A DNA stretch of 32,000 nt from Nostoc mirabile CHAB5784 (GTDB lineage: Bacteria > Cyanobacteriota > Cyanobacteriia > Cyanobacteriales > Nostocaceae), in NCBI RefSeq assembly GCF_020829645.1, contig NZ_JAIVFS010000053.1:18504-50503 (forward strand), read 5' to 3'. Every line of letters begins with the position of its first letter. Position 1 is the first letter of the stretch. The notes under the pieces were generated by a model, which saw only the letters and a list, made by a program, of their open reading frames with translations, searched no databases and was not told the DNA's origin. Positions 23,272-32,000 of the stretch are shown here, piece by piece. Made by a program: the position numbers and the translations under genes.

Positions 23272-24180
23272 CTAATTTTTCTTTAAAAACATCCTGGGTG
23301 TGACTCCGACATATTTTTTAAAATGTCTTGTAAAGCGGCTTTGGTCTGCACAACCAACGAGCAAAGCAATTTCTGCGATCGCATATTTTTTTTGTTGCAA
23401 TAGTTCTTTAGCTTTTTCCATTCGTTGCCCAAGCACATATTGATAGGGTGCTACACCCATTGACTGTTTAAATAATCTGCAAAAATAATATTGACTCATG
23501 CCTGAAATTTCTGCTAGTTCAACCAGATGTAGCGGTCGATCCAAATAGCTGTCAATGTAGTCCAACACTGCCTGGAGTCGATTGTTAGGCATACCTCCCA
23601 CGTTGGGCTGTATTTTTGGTGAAAATGCACAGTATTGTCGCAGCAAGTGAACGATCAACACCTCTGCCAGCGATTCGGCATAAAGATAACCACCGATTCC
23701 ACCCGTGTCAAATTCTGCTTGAAACAAACAAGCGATCGCTTTAATCTGTGGATCATGGGCACTTACCTTACTGAGCAATTCCACTTTGTTTTCATTCAGC
23801 CCACCAACTTCTTCTGCCGTTCGAGACAAAAACAGTGGATCAATCACAAACATCAGCGATTCATCAGTACTATCCCATGCCCAAAGCCCCGACATCTTTG
23901 CAGGACAAATCCAGAAATCCTCTTTGGCTTGAGGTTTTTCCGATTTTTGTTCACCGATGCGAGTGATTTTTTGTTGATTGCAATCGCTTAACAAAAGACA
24001 AAGGAGATGATGGTTGCATCCGGGGAATTCAAGCTCGTTCGGTGCTGAAATATGACGATCAATAGTTAATCCAGGCAATTGAATCATCCGGCGCTCAGAA
24101 ATCCATGTTTCCTTCATATCAGTCCGATTAGCGATCGCCGCTAGGGATACACTGCATAGAATATCTTTGATCGTGGGCAC
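23272..24180 (-). CDS. AraC-family transcriptional regulator
   Basis: The C-terminal double HTH reads LVELAEISGMSQYYFCRLFKQSMGVAPYQYVLGQRMEKAKELL...IAEIALLVGCADQSRFTRHFKKYVGVTP. The start may instead be the ATG at 24117. Confidence 0.8.
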   Translation of the reverse strand: MPTIKDILCSVSLAAIANRTDMKETWISERRMIQLPGLTIDRHISAPNELEFPGCNHHLLCLLLSDCNQQKITRIGEQKSEKPQAKEDFWICPAKMSGLWAWDSTDESLMFVIDPLFLSRTAEEVGGLNENKVELLSKVSAHDPQIKAIACLFQAEFDTGGIGGYLYAESLAEVLIVHLLRQYCAFSPKIQPNVGGMPNNRLQAVLDYIDSYLDRPLHLVELAEISGMSQYYFCRLFKQSMGVAPYQYVLGQRMEKAKELLQQKKYAIAEIALLVGCADQSRFTRHFKKYVGVTPRMFLKKN

Positions 24181-24351
24181 TAAAACAGCTTACAGCATCT
24201 TAGCAGCATCACTCAACAGCCCGTTGTAGACATCGCCCAATTTTGAAAATTTAGCTTAAAACAACCTTAGCCACACCTAAACTGACATTTAAAACAGCAG
24301 ATGGTAAACCATCAATGTCAGAATACTGAGTCATAGGATGGGAAAATAAAG

Positions 24352-25026
24352 GTGAGTAATGTCCACCCCCAAATTTGCTGGACTATTTACCCAAGACAGA
24401 TAAACAACAAATTTTATCAGTCAAAATCTATGACTTTGACCCCCTCTCAAACTCGAAAGCCACCCACCCAAGCAATAGGAGCCAAAATTTTCCACTGGTG
24501 TAACATCATTAGTCTATTTATCATGCTCACCAGTGGACTACAAATTTACAACGCCAACCCTGTTTTTGGTGGACGTGCAGGTTTGCACATTCCTCCGATA
24601 TTTACGTTAGGAGGTTGGCTCGCAGGAGGTAGACACTGGCATTTTGCAGCAATGTGGCTATTTTCACTGAATCTCCTGTGGTATGGAATTTACGTTTTAA
24701 TTACCCGACGCTGGCGACATCGCTTTGTAGGTGCTAATGACTTCAAAGCATTACAAAAAAGTCACAATTCCAAACGTCTAATTTATGCTTGGCATCGGAT
24801 TGCGTATACAGCAATTATTCCTATCTTGCTGCTAGCGTTATTGACAGGAATAGGAATGTATAAACCTGCTCAATTTCCCTGGATTGTGGATTTGTTTGGC
24901 GATTGGCAAGCATTGCGAATTGTTCACTTTGCCTCAGTGCCGATGGTTATCTTATTTGTAGCAATTCACTCTCGATTAGGGCGGAAAGCTGGTGGTACTG
25001 AATTAACAGAATCAATGTTTTGGTAA
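24352..25026 (+). CDS. Cytochrome b561 / b-type cytochrome membrane subunit-like protein
   Basis: It has four TM helices with conserved His residues (FHWCNIIS, RHWHFAAMW, AWHRIAY, IVHFASV). The start is more likely the ATG at 24430. Confidence 0.55.
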   Translation: MSNVHPQICWTIYPRQINNKFYQSKSMTLTPSQTRKPPTQAIGAKIFHWCNIISLFIMLTSGLQIYNANPVFGGRAGLHIPPIFTLGGWLAGGRHWHFAAMWLFSLNLLWYGIYVLITRRWRHRFVGANDFKALQKSHNSKRLIYAWHRIAYTAIIPILLLALLTGIGMYKPAQFPWIVDLFGDWQALRIVHFASVPMVILFVAIHSRLGRKAGGTELTESMFW

Positions 25027-25044
25027 ATAAACTATGGTCAAAAT

Positions 25045-25270
25045 AATTCGTAATTTATAATTCGTAATTCGTAATTATTACCCCACGACTGAAGTCGCTT
25101 GCTCTGAAATAAGGAATAAATTTATTTGTCTCCATAAAATGTTAGTTAGTTGCTCTGTACCTTTAATTACGAATTACGAATTACGAATTACGAATTAGTA
25201 ATTATTTGGTCATGGAGATAGGGAAACGCGGGGACTAATGACCAATGACTAATGACCAATGACTAATGAC
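25045..25270. repeat. Three heptamer tracts: AATTCGT block, its inverted complement AATTACG block, and GACTAAT/GACCAAT (STRR2-like TTGGTCA) block
   Basis: The blocks lie at 25045-25079, 25165-25206 and 25233-25270, by direct reading. Confidence 0.9.
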
Positions 25271-25289
25271 TCTTTTTTAAATAAAAAAA

Positions 25290-26723
25290 ATGAACTTTTT
25301 TGATAAATTGAATCGTAATATCTTGCAAAATCAAAGCTTACTATTTGTAGGACTTGATCCAAATCCAGAAATGATGCCTGTGCGTTATGAATCTGAAGAA
25401 CTCATCATTGGTTTGTGGAAGTGGTTGCAATTCATTATTGCGGAAACTTCTGATTTCGTTTGTGCTTATAAACCGACACTTGGCTTCTACGAGGCGCTAG
25501 GTATTCCCGGTTTAGAATTGCTGTACAAAACCTTAGCAGCTATTCCAGCCCATATTCCAGTAATTTTAGATGCCAAACACAGTGACTTAAATACTAGTAC
25601 CATTTTTGCCCAAACTGTGTTTAAACAATGGCAGGTGGATGCAATCACTCTCAGCCCCTATACAGGACAAGATCATGTAGCACCTTTTTTAGTCTATCCT
25701 GATAAAGCGGTGTTTATTTTATGCTGTACTTCTAATCCAAGTGCAGAAGCTTTACAGCAATATCCTACAAACGAATCACCCCTTTATTTACAGGTGGTAA
25801 GAGAATCAAAAACCTGGGGAACTCCAGAGCAATTGGGTTTGGAAGTGGGAACTACAAATCCTGAGATTTTAGCACTTATTCGAGCGATCGCGCCTGAACG
25901 AATTATTATGGCGCGTAGCATCTGGGCGGAAGGCGCAAACCTGAAGCAAATTTTAGAAGCGGGCTTGAATACTAACGGTGATGGTTTGCTGATTCCTGTT
26001 CCTCAAGATATGTTGGGAAACACACAACTATCTGAGGAAATCCAGTCTCTACGCGCAGAAATTAATCAAATTAAAGCTGAGATTATTCACGAAAATTCCA
26101 CATGTTCTGTGTGGTTTCCTGATGTTTGTTTCCTAAATCAGCACCCCCACCAGGATTTGATTTTACAACTTTATGATATTGACTGCATTATGTTTGGCAG
26201 CTTTGTCCAAGCATCAGGAGCTATATTTCCTTATTACATCGACTTACGCAAAATTATTTCCAATCCCCAAGTTTTTAATCAAGTTCTCACAGCTTATGAG
26301 GATATTTTGAAGAACCTCATTTTTGATAGGTTAGCGGGTATTCCCTATGGTTCTTTACCTACTGCGACTGGTTTAGCTTTGCGCCTCCATTGTCCGATGA
26401 TTTTCCCCCGTAAAGAGGTAAAGGCACACGGAACTCGGAGAGTCATTGAGGGTAACTTTCATCCTGGTGAAACAGTTGTAGTGGTTGACGATATTCTCAT
26501 CAGTGGTAAAAGTGTTATGGAAGGGGCAGGAAAGTTGGAATCAGCAGGATTAAATGTTAATGATATTGTGGTATTTATCGACCATGAACAAGGGGTGAAA
26601 GATAGGCTACAGCAAAATGGTTATCGCAGTCACGCAGTTTTAACTATTTCGGAAATTACTAATACTCTGTATCAAGCAGGGCGAATAAATGAGGAGCAAT
26701 TTTTAGCTTTCGCTGAAAGTTAG
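25290..26723 (+). CDS. pyrF: Bifunctional orotidine-5'-phosphate decarboxylase / orotate phosphoribosyltransferase (PyrF-PyrE fusion)
   Basis: The N-terminal half has LFVGLDPN and ILDAKHSD (OMPdecase). The C-terminal half has the PRPP-binding motif VVVVDDILISGKS (OPRTase). Confidence 0.85.
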   Translation: MNFFDKLNRNILQNQSLLFVGLDPNPEMMPVRYESEELIIGLWKWLQFIIAETSDFVCAYKPTLGFYEALGIPGLELLYKTLAAIPAHIPVILDAKHSDLNTSTIFAQTVFKQWQVDAITLSPYTGQDHVAPFLVYPDKAVFILCCTSNPSAEALQQYPTNESPLYLQVVRESKTWGTPEQLGLEVGTTNPEILALIRAIAPERIIMARSIWAEGANLKQILEAGLNTNGDGLLIPVPQDMLGNTQLSEEIQSLRAEINQIKAEIIHENSTCSVWFPDVCFLNQHPHQDLILQLYDIDCIMFGSFVQASGAIFPYYIDLRKIISNPQVFNQVLTAYEDILKNLIFDRLAGIPYGSLPTATGLALRLHCPMIFPRKEVKAHGTRRVIEGNFHPGETVVVVDDILISGKSVMEGAGKLESAGLNVNDIVVFIDHEQGVKDRLQQNGYRSHAVLTISEITNTLYQAGRINEEQFLAFAES

Positions 26724-26735
26724 TGATTGGAATAA

Positions 26736-26798
26736 TGGGGAGTGGGGAGTGGGGAGTGGGGAGTGGGGAATAGGGAATGGGGAATGGGGAATGGGGGA
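26736..26798. repeat. STRR-type heptamer tract, 9 units (TGGGGAG x4, TGGGGAA/TAGGGAA x4, TGGGGGA)
   Basis: Direct reading. It is the complement of the CCCCA-type heptamers at 3697-3745. Confidence 0.9.
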
Positions 26799-26872
26799 AG
26801 ATTTTTCTTGTCTAAGTAAGTAGGCGAGAAGAAATCAAAGTAAGTTAAGTAATGTAAAAAATATTGAAATTA

Positions 26873-26926
26873 GTTCGTAGTGAGGACTTTAGTCCTTATT
26901 TGAGGACTTTAGTCCTCACTACGAAC
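26873..26926. repeat. Dispersed-repeat hairpin GTTCGTAGTGAGGACTTTAGTCCT...AGTCCTCACTACGAAC with an internal 16-bp duplication
   Basis: The outer arms are perfect inverted complements, and TGAGGACTTTAGTCCT occurs twice. Confidence 0.8.
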
Positions 26927-27024
26927 CTTTAATTATTTACGCCGCTCTACTTACTTCCTCTTGAGTAGATTTAATTACTCGGTTCAATCTAGTAACTAGA
27001 ATAATTTTCGCTTTTAAATTAATT

Positions 27025-28125
27025 ATGAATTTTCCACTGAATCAATTACTTAGATGGTTAATTTTTACGCTGTTATTTCCTTTAGTGTTTCTGAATGGTT
27101 GGCTAGCATTTTTGCTGGTTAAAAACTTTCAACCTGTCGTAACAATTCTTGTCTTAGCTACTTTGCTTGCATTCGTTTTAAACTATCCTGTTGCCATTCT
27201 CCAAAAGCGAGGAGTTAAACGTAGCTATGCAGTAGCATTAGTTTTTATATCAGCATTGATAATTATTATGGCTCTGGGTATTACTTTGGTTCCCATTGTT
27301 TTAGAGCAATTTAATGAGATGGTGAAAGTCCTTCCCCAATGGATTGATTCTAGCAAAGAAAAACTTCATATTTTAAATGATTGGTTTTTTACACACAAAT
27401 TAAATGTGAATTTAAGTCAGTTATTAAGCAGATTAACTGAGCAATTACCCAGTGAATTAGAGTTTCTTTCAGATAAACTTTTAAGTATTATCATAGATAC
27501 GATTGATAGTATCTCTGAGGCATTAATCACAATAGTATTGACTTTCTATCTGTTGTTAGATGGCCCAAGGATTTGGGAGGGGATATTTAAAAAGCTACCT
27601 GGAAGTTTTGCTCAGAAGGTAAGCCAATCTATTCAACAAAACTTTCAAAATTACTTGATTGGTCAGGGAAGTTTGGCTTTGCTGATGGGAGTTTCATTAA
27701 CATTATTGTTTTTAGCTTTTCAAGTCCAGTTTGCTTTACTTTTTGGTTTGGGGGTTGGGCTTTTGAGTTTAATTCCCTTTGGCGATGTCGTTAGTCTTAT
27801 TGTAATAACTTTAATAATAGCCACACATGACTTTTGGCTAGCAGTAAAGATTTTTGCAGTAGCTGTTGTCATAGACCAGTTAATTGATCAAGCGATCGCA
27901 CCACGGCTTTTAGGTAAATTTACTGGCATCAGACCAATATGGGTATTAATTGCTTTGCTTGTAGGAACCAATGTTGGTGGAGTCTTGGGTTTGCTAATCG
28001 CGGTACCTGTAGCTGGTTTTATCAAAGATGTAGCAGATGGTTTTTCTAAATCTGGTGATTCTGATAATGTAGTTAAGAGTGAAGTAGCATCAGAATTGTT
28101 AACAGAGAAATCAATATCGCAATGA
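27025..28125 (+). CDS. AI-2E family transporter (PerM/UPF0118)
   Basis: 366 aa with about 8 TM helices and the family-typical blocks YLIGQGSLALLMGV and IPFGDVVSLIVITL. Confidence 0.7.
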   Translation: MNFPLNQLLRWLIFTLLFPLVFLNGWLAFLLVKNFQPVVTILVLATLLAFVLNYPVAILQKRGVKRSYAVALVFISALIIIMALGITLVPIVLEQFNEMVKVLPQWIDSSKEKLHILNDWFFTHKLNVNLSQLLSRLTEQLPSELEFLSDKLLSIIIDTIDSISEALITIVLTFYLLLDGPRIWEGIFKKLPGSFAQKVSQSIQQNFQNYLIGQGSLALLMGVSLTLLFLAFQVQFALLFGLGVGLLSLIPFGDVVSLIVITLIIATHDFWLAVKIFAVAVVIDQLIDQAIAPRLLGKFTGIRPIWVLIALLVGTNVGGVLGLLIAVPVAGFIKDVADGFSKSGDSDNVVKSEVASELLTEKSISQ

Positions 28126-28184
28126 TTTGTAGATAAAAATATTATGCCCCATTTATACCGTTAACAAGAAGTTCAACGGTGTTA

Positions 28185-28626
28185 TTAAGGATGGGGTGTA
28201 ATTGTCAGTATAGTTATAATATCATGTCCGCTTGATTACTTACTAAACCCGGAGAACCCCACCCCGCCAAAGCTACGCTTTGTCTCCCCTCCCCTTAGTA
28301 AGGGGAGGGGATTAAGGGGAGGGGTGCAATGACTGTGGGAATCATAACTAATTATCCGGACATGATATAACTCCTTGTTCAGAACCGTAATACCAAAAAA
28401 CTCGAAAAGCAGCAGGTGTTTTGTTTTCTACATAGGCTTCAAAAATTTCTTCTCCATTAGGCCCTGATAAAGATTCATATTTGTGAGTATTCAAACTAGG
28501 GTGTCGCAGGTTTATTTCCATTAAACCCAGCGTTTTTAAAACTTTTTGGTACTTCTTAGAGTCAGTTTGTTGTAAATTAGCTAATGCTGTACTAGCCTCG
28601 GTTGAAAATATTATCTTAAAATTCAC
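28185..28626 (-). pseudogene. RelE/ParE-superfamily toxin gene whose last 11 codons were displaced by the MITE (current ORF 28348-28626)
   Basis: The current ORF ends ...FWYYGSEQGVISCPDN* inside the MITE TIR. Beyond the MITE, in the frame restored by removing 148 bp, the sequence reads IITILTITPHP* (28185-28220). Confidence 0.7.
28221..28366. mobile_element. 146-bp MITE inserted in the 3' end of a toxin gene
   Basis: The TIRs are ATCATGTCCG (28221-28230) and CGGACATGAT (28357-28366), extendable to about 23 bp at 18/23 matches. An AT dinucleotide lies on both flanks. The interior holds CCCCTCCCCTTAGTAAGGGGAGGGG hairpins. Confidence 0.65.
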
Positions 28627-28727
28627 TATTGCTTAGTGTTGGAGATTAACCTTGTGACAAAGATTATATTTTGAGATCAGTGTCCAGGGCTAGTGTCCTT
28701 GTGACATCTTTGTGTCGTAGAGACACC

Positions 28728-29042
28728 CTATTCATCAATTTCTAGATCCGCATACTGGGTAAATGAGCCTAAGTCGTGAAGTTCACCAGAACTTGCCTGT
28801 TTTATACCAACTTCTAACGAAGTACGAGCTACAGAATTTTCCCATATCCAAAGTTCTCTTTCTGGAATGTTTACAACTGGGTCTAGCAGAATTTGTCCTG
28901 CGTCATTGATGAGGACTCGGTAGCTCTTTGCTTTGGCAACAGTACCCAAGGTTAATCGTCCTTTTTCATCAGTTCTGACAGTATCTTTAACTATGTGGAA
29001 GTTCTGATTTTCAATCATATTGCTGCTATGTCCTAAACTCAT
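28728..29042 (-). CDS. Putative antitoxin (AbrB/SpoVT-like N-terminus) upstream of the RelE/ParE-like gene
   Basis: 104-aa ORF reading DEKGRLTLGTVAKAKSYRVLINDAGQILLDPVVNIPERELW, positioned 101 nt upstream of the toxin GTG. Confidence 0.5.
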   Translation of the reverse strand: MSLGHSSNMIENQNFHIVKDTVRTDEKGRLTLGTVAKAKSYRVLINDAGQILLDPVVNIPERELWIWENSVARTSLEVGIKQASSGELHDLGSFTQYADLEIDE

Positions 29043-29241
29043 TATAAACAGCTGTGGGTAGGTGGGTATTGGCCATTAAAAAGGAATTGCATAAAAATAA
29101 GCCCCCAGCATTTATACTAGGGGTGAGATATAATACCATTTCACTTTATGTTTGTCGGAGATGCCCCTGCCATTGCCTCTACTTACATAAGAGGCTGGAG
29201 TGTTTCTCAAATATTACAGCAAAAAGCGATCTGGTATAAAA

Positions 29242-31695
29242 TTAGCCAACATTTGCCAAGAGCAATTCTCGTTTTTCTGATTTTTGTACTCTCACCTGAG
29301 AGTCATCATCAACATCGATAAGCGCTGTGTCTCCTTCTGTAATTTGACCAGACAGCATTGCTTCGGCGAGAGAATCTTCTAAAAGGCGCATAATTGCCCG
29401 ACGTAATGGCCTAGCACCGTAGCTGGGGCTGTAGCCTTCTTGGACTACAAGCTCTTTGAAGCGATCGCTAACTTCTAAGATAATTCCCTTTTCTGTCAAG
29501 CGCTTAGAAACTTCACGAAGCATAATCTCAGCGATTTGCTTAACTTCATCCCTAGAAAGCTGGGTGAAGACGATAATTTCATCGAGACGGTTAAGGAACT
29601 CAGGACGGAAGTAAGCTTTCAATTCCTCATTTACCAAGGTGCGGATGCGGTTATAACTAGCATCGGCTTGAGTATCGAAGTCAAAGCCTAAACCACTACC
29701 ACCTTTTTCAATCACCTTGGAACCGATGTTGGAAGTCAAAATGATTAGCGTGTTCTTGAAGTCCACTTTCCGACCTTTGGCATCGGTAAGATGACCGTCA
29801 TCCAACATTTGCAGCAGCATATTGAATACATCGGGGTGTGCTTTTTCGATTTCGTCGAATAGCAATACCGTGTAAGGTTTCCGCCGCACAGCTTCTGTAA
29901 GCTGTCCGCCTTCGTCGTATCCCACATAACCAGGAGGCGAACCAATTAGCTTGGCGACGGTGTGGCTTTCCATGTATTCGGACATATCTAGGCGAATCAT
30001 GGAGTCTTCCGCACCGAAGAAGTAGGCAGCTAGTGCCTTCGCCAATTCTGTTTTACCGACTCCGGTAGGCCCAGAGAAGATAAAGCTAGCAATGGGACGA
30101 TTGGGATTCTTCAAGCCGACACGGGCGCGACGGATACCGCGAGATACAGCCGAGACTGCTTGCTCTTGACCGATAAGCCGTTGATGCAGAGTGTCTTCTA
30201 GGTGCAGGAGCAACTCTGACTCAGATTCGGTTAGTTTGTTGACTGGTACGCCAGTCCAAGAGGCAACGATTTGGGCGATGTCTTCTTCGTCAACTACAGT
30301 CGAGTTGACAGGTTGATCGTTTTGTGCAAACGTTGCTTGCAGTTGTTCTGCGAGTTTTAACTCTTGGTCGCGCAGTTGTGTAGCTTTGTCAAAATCTTGG
30401 ACTCTGACTGCTGCTTCTTTTTCTTTGGTAACGCCAGCGAGTTCACGCTTGAGTTCTTTATTCGGAGAACTTTGAGAGTTCCGCAAACGAACGCGAGAAC
30501 CAGCTTCATCAATCAAGTCTATTGCCTTATCTGGCAAGAAGCGATCGCTAATGTAGCGGTCTGATAATTCTGCTGCTGCTACAAGTGCTGAATCCAAAAT
30601 TGTGACTTTGTGGTGCTGTTCGTAAGCGCCGCGCAAGCCGTAAAGAATTTGTACGGTTTCCTCTACTGAGGGTTCCCCGACCATGATTGGTTGGAAACGA
30701 CGCTCTAGGGCGGCATCGCGCTCGATATGCTTACGATACTCATCGAGGGTAGTTGCGCCGATGCACTGGAGTTCACCCCGTGCTAAGGCTGGTTTGAGGA
30801 TGTTGGCTGCATCCAAACCACCTTCTGTACCACCAGCGCCAACCAAGGTGTGAATTTCGTCAATCACCAAGATGATATTGCCCACAGTGCGGACTTCTTC
30901 CACAACTTTTTTGATGCGTTCTTCAAAATCGCCACGGAAGCGAGTTCCAGCTACCAATGACCCCATATCGAGGCTGATAACTTGCTTGTCTTGCAAACTT
31001 TCGGGAACATCCTGGTTGATAATTCGTTGAGCTAGACCTTCTGCGATCGCAGTTTTACCAACTCCTGGTTCTCCAATCAACACTGGGTTATTCTTGGTGC
31101 GGCGACCAAGGATTTGGATCGCCCGCTCAATTTCCTTCTGGCGACCAACTACAGGGTCGAGTCTGCCTTCTTGTGCTAATTTGGTCAAATTCCTACCAAA
31201 CTCTTCCATAGTTAGCGGTTGAGTGCGCTTTTGACCACCACCACCAGCTATAGCTGGTGCATTTTCACCCAAACGGCGAACTATGGCACTGCGGACAGTC
31301 TTGAAGTCAACTCCTAGATTTTGCAGTACTTTGGCGGCAACACCTTCACCAGCCTCGGTCAATCCTAAGAGTAGATGTTCAGTGTTAATGTAATTCTGTC
31401 CCAGACTATGAGCTTCTTTAAACGATTGCTCGAAGAGGCTTTTTACTTTAGGAGTAAAAGGAATTTCTGGTGGTACAAAGCCAGAACCCCTACCAATAAT
31501 TTTTTCTACCTCGCGACGTGCATCTTTGAGGGTAACGCCTAATTCCGCCAGCACTTTAGCAGCAACCCCAGTTCCTTCTCCCATCAAACCTAGGAGAATT
31601 TGTTCAGTTCCTACAAAATTGTGTCCCAGGCGACGTGCTTCCTCCTGAGCTAACATAATTACTCTAATGGCTTCGGAAGTGAAGTGTTCAAACAT
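29242..31695 (-). CDS. clpC: ATP-dependent Clp protease ATP-binding subunit ClpC
   Basis: It has the N-terminus [37 protein letters not shown] and two AAA+ modules ([18 protein letters not shown]). A UVR-like linker ([11 protein letters not shown]) is also present. I prefer the ATG at 31695 over the track start at 31752. Confidence 0.95.
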   Translation of the reverse strand: MFEHFTSEAIRVIMLAQEEARRLGHNFVGTEQILLGLMGEGTGVAAKVLAELGVTLKDARREVEKIIGRGSGFVPPEIPFTPKVKSLFEQSFKEAHSLGQNYINTEHLLLGLTEAGEGVAAKVLQNLGVDFKTVRSAIVRRLGENAPAIAGGGGQKRTQPLTMEEFGRNLTKLAQEGRLDPVVGRQKEIERAIQILGRRTKNNPVLIGEPGVGKTAIAEGLAQRIINQDVPESLQDKQVISLDMGSLVAGTRFRGDFEERIKKVVEEVRTVGNIILVIDEIHTLVGAGGTEGGLDAANILKPALARGELQCIGATTLDEYRKHIERDAALERRFQPIMVGEPSVEETVQILYGLRGAYEQHHKVTILDSALVAAAELSDRYISDRFLPDKAIDLIDEAGSRVRLRNSQSSPNKELKRELAGVTKEKEAAVRVQDFDKATQLRDQELKLAEQLQATFAQNDQPVNSTVVDEEDIAQIVASWTGVPVNKLTESESELLLHLEDTLHQRLIGQEQAVSAVSRGIRRARVGLKNPNRPIASFIFSGPTGVGKTELAKALAAYFFGAEDSMIRLDMSEYMESHTVAKLIGSPPGYVGYDEGGQLTEAVRRKPYTVLLFDEIEKAHPDVFNMLLQMLDDGHLTDAKGRKVDFKNTLIILTSNIGSKVIEKGGSGLGFDFDTQADASYNRIRTLVNEELKAYFRPEFLNRLDEIIVFTQLSRDEVKQIAEIMLREVSKRLTEKGIILEVSDRFKELVVQEGYSPSYGARPLRRAIMRLLEDSLAEAMLSGQITEGDTALIDVDDDSQVRVQKSEKRELLLANVG

Positions 31696-31865
31696 AATGG
31701 GTTCTTGCTCCCTAGCTGCTTGGACTTTGGGTGAGATAAAATTCACCCTCATCTAAAGTTTTTTGTATTTTCTTAAGGACTAATGTAACTTTATTTAAAG
31801 TTAGCTGGCAGTGGTGAGAGCCGTAAGACCTCAGGTGTAGTAGCCGTCTAAGAAGAGTTGGGAGT

Positions 31866-31915
31866 AGAGACGCGATTAATCGCGTACAGGAGAGACGCGA
31901 TTAATCGCGTACAGG
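31866..31915. repeat. Two tandem 25-bp units, each with the perfect 16-bp palindrome ACGCGATTAATCGCGT
   Basis: AGAGACGCGATTAATCGCGTACAGG occurs twice (31866-31890 and 31891-31915), 170-220 nt upstream of clpC. Confidence 0.85.
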
Positions 31916-32000
31916 AGTTCTCAATTTGACAATTACCTTGTCAGTGCAGAAGATGATTTTCTTTTGCCTTTTCTGCTCCTCATCTCTGGGCTAAACTTAA

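Noticed and set aside
29054-29239. 61-aa plus-strand ORF between the antitoxin gene and clpC
   Set aside because: It is short and Cys/Arg-rich, has no motif, and lies in the convergent or terminator region of clpC.

Overview
The window looks like chromosomal DNA from a heterocystous (Nostocales-type) cyanobacterium. It has many HIP1 palindromes (GCGATCGC), STRR-type heptamer tracts, small dispersed repeats (SDRs) and several MITE-like elements. I recognised no rRNA, tRNA, CRISPR array, transposase or integrase. The right third is mostly housekeeping or regulatory: a PAS histidine kinase, a NicO-type Ni/Co transporter operon, GNAT, AraC, a cytochrome b561-like protein, fused pyrF-pyrE, an AI-2E permease and clpC. 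The region from about 3.7 to 19 kb reads as an accessory, conflict-type island. It contains an XPB-like helicase with a DUF790/Bax1 nuclease, then a VapBC locus whose antitoxin gene (with the 5' stub of the toxin) is tandemly triplicated. Next come a solitary PD-(D/E)XK nuclease and a RelE/ParE-like toxin killed by one in-frame TAA beside an intact antitoxin. An NB-ARC/TPR STAND NTPase follows; its putative N-terminal module is a separate 129-aa ORF cut off by a single in-frame TGA, and its sensor is 13 near-identical 126-bp TPR units. After that come a DUF433/DUF5615 pair whose toxin carries both a nonsense codon and a MITE with a reconstructable target-site duplication, a 273-bp strictly 21-bp-phased array of palindromes and DnaA-box-like motifs, AbrB/PIN VapBC, HicBA, a PIN_3 pair and an AAA_35-type ATPase. 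A further TA pair at 28.2-29.0 kb has its toxin 3' end displaced by a MITE. My best candidates for something new are two. The first is the split N-module/TGA/NB-ARC/hypervariable-TPR locus (9841-13251). The second is the unannotated phased iteron-like array (14408-14680). All protein family calls come from motif recognition by eye and need HMM or BLAST confirmation.
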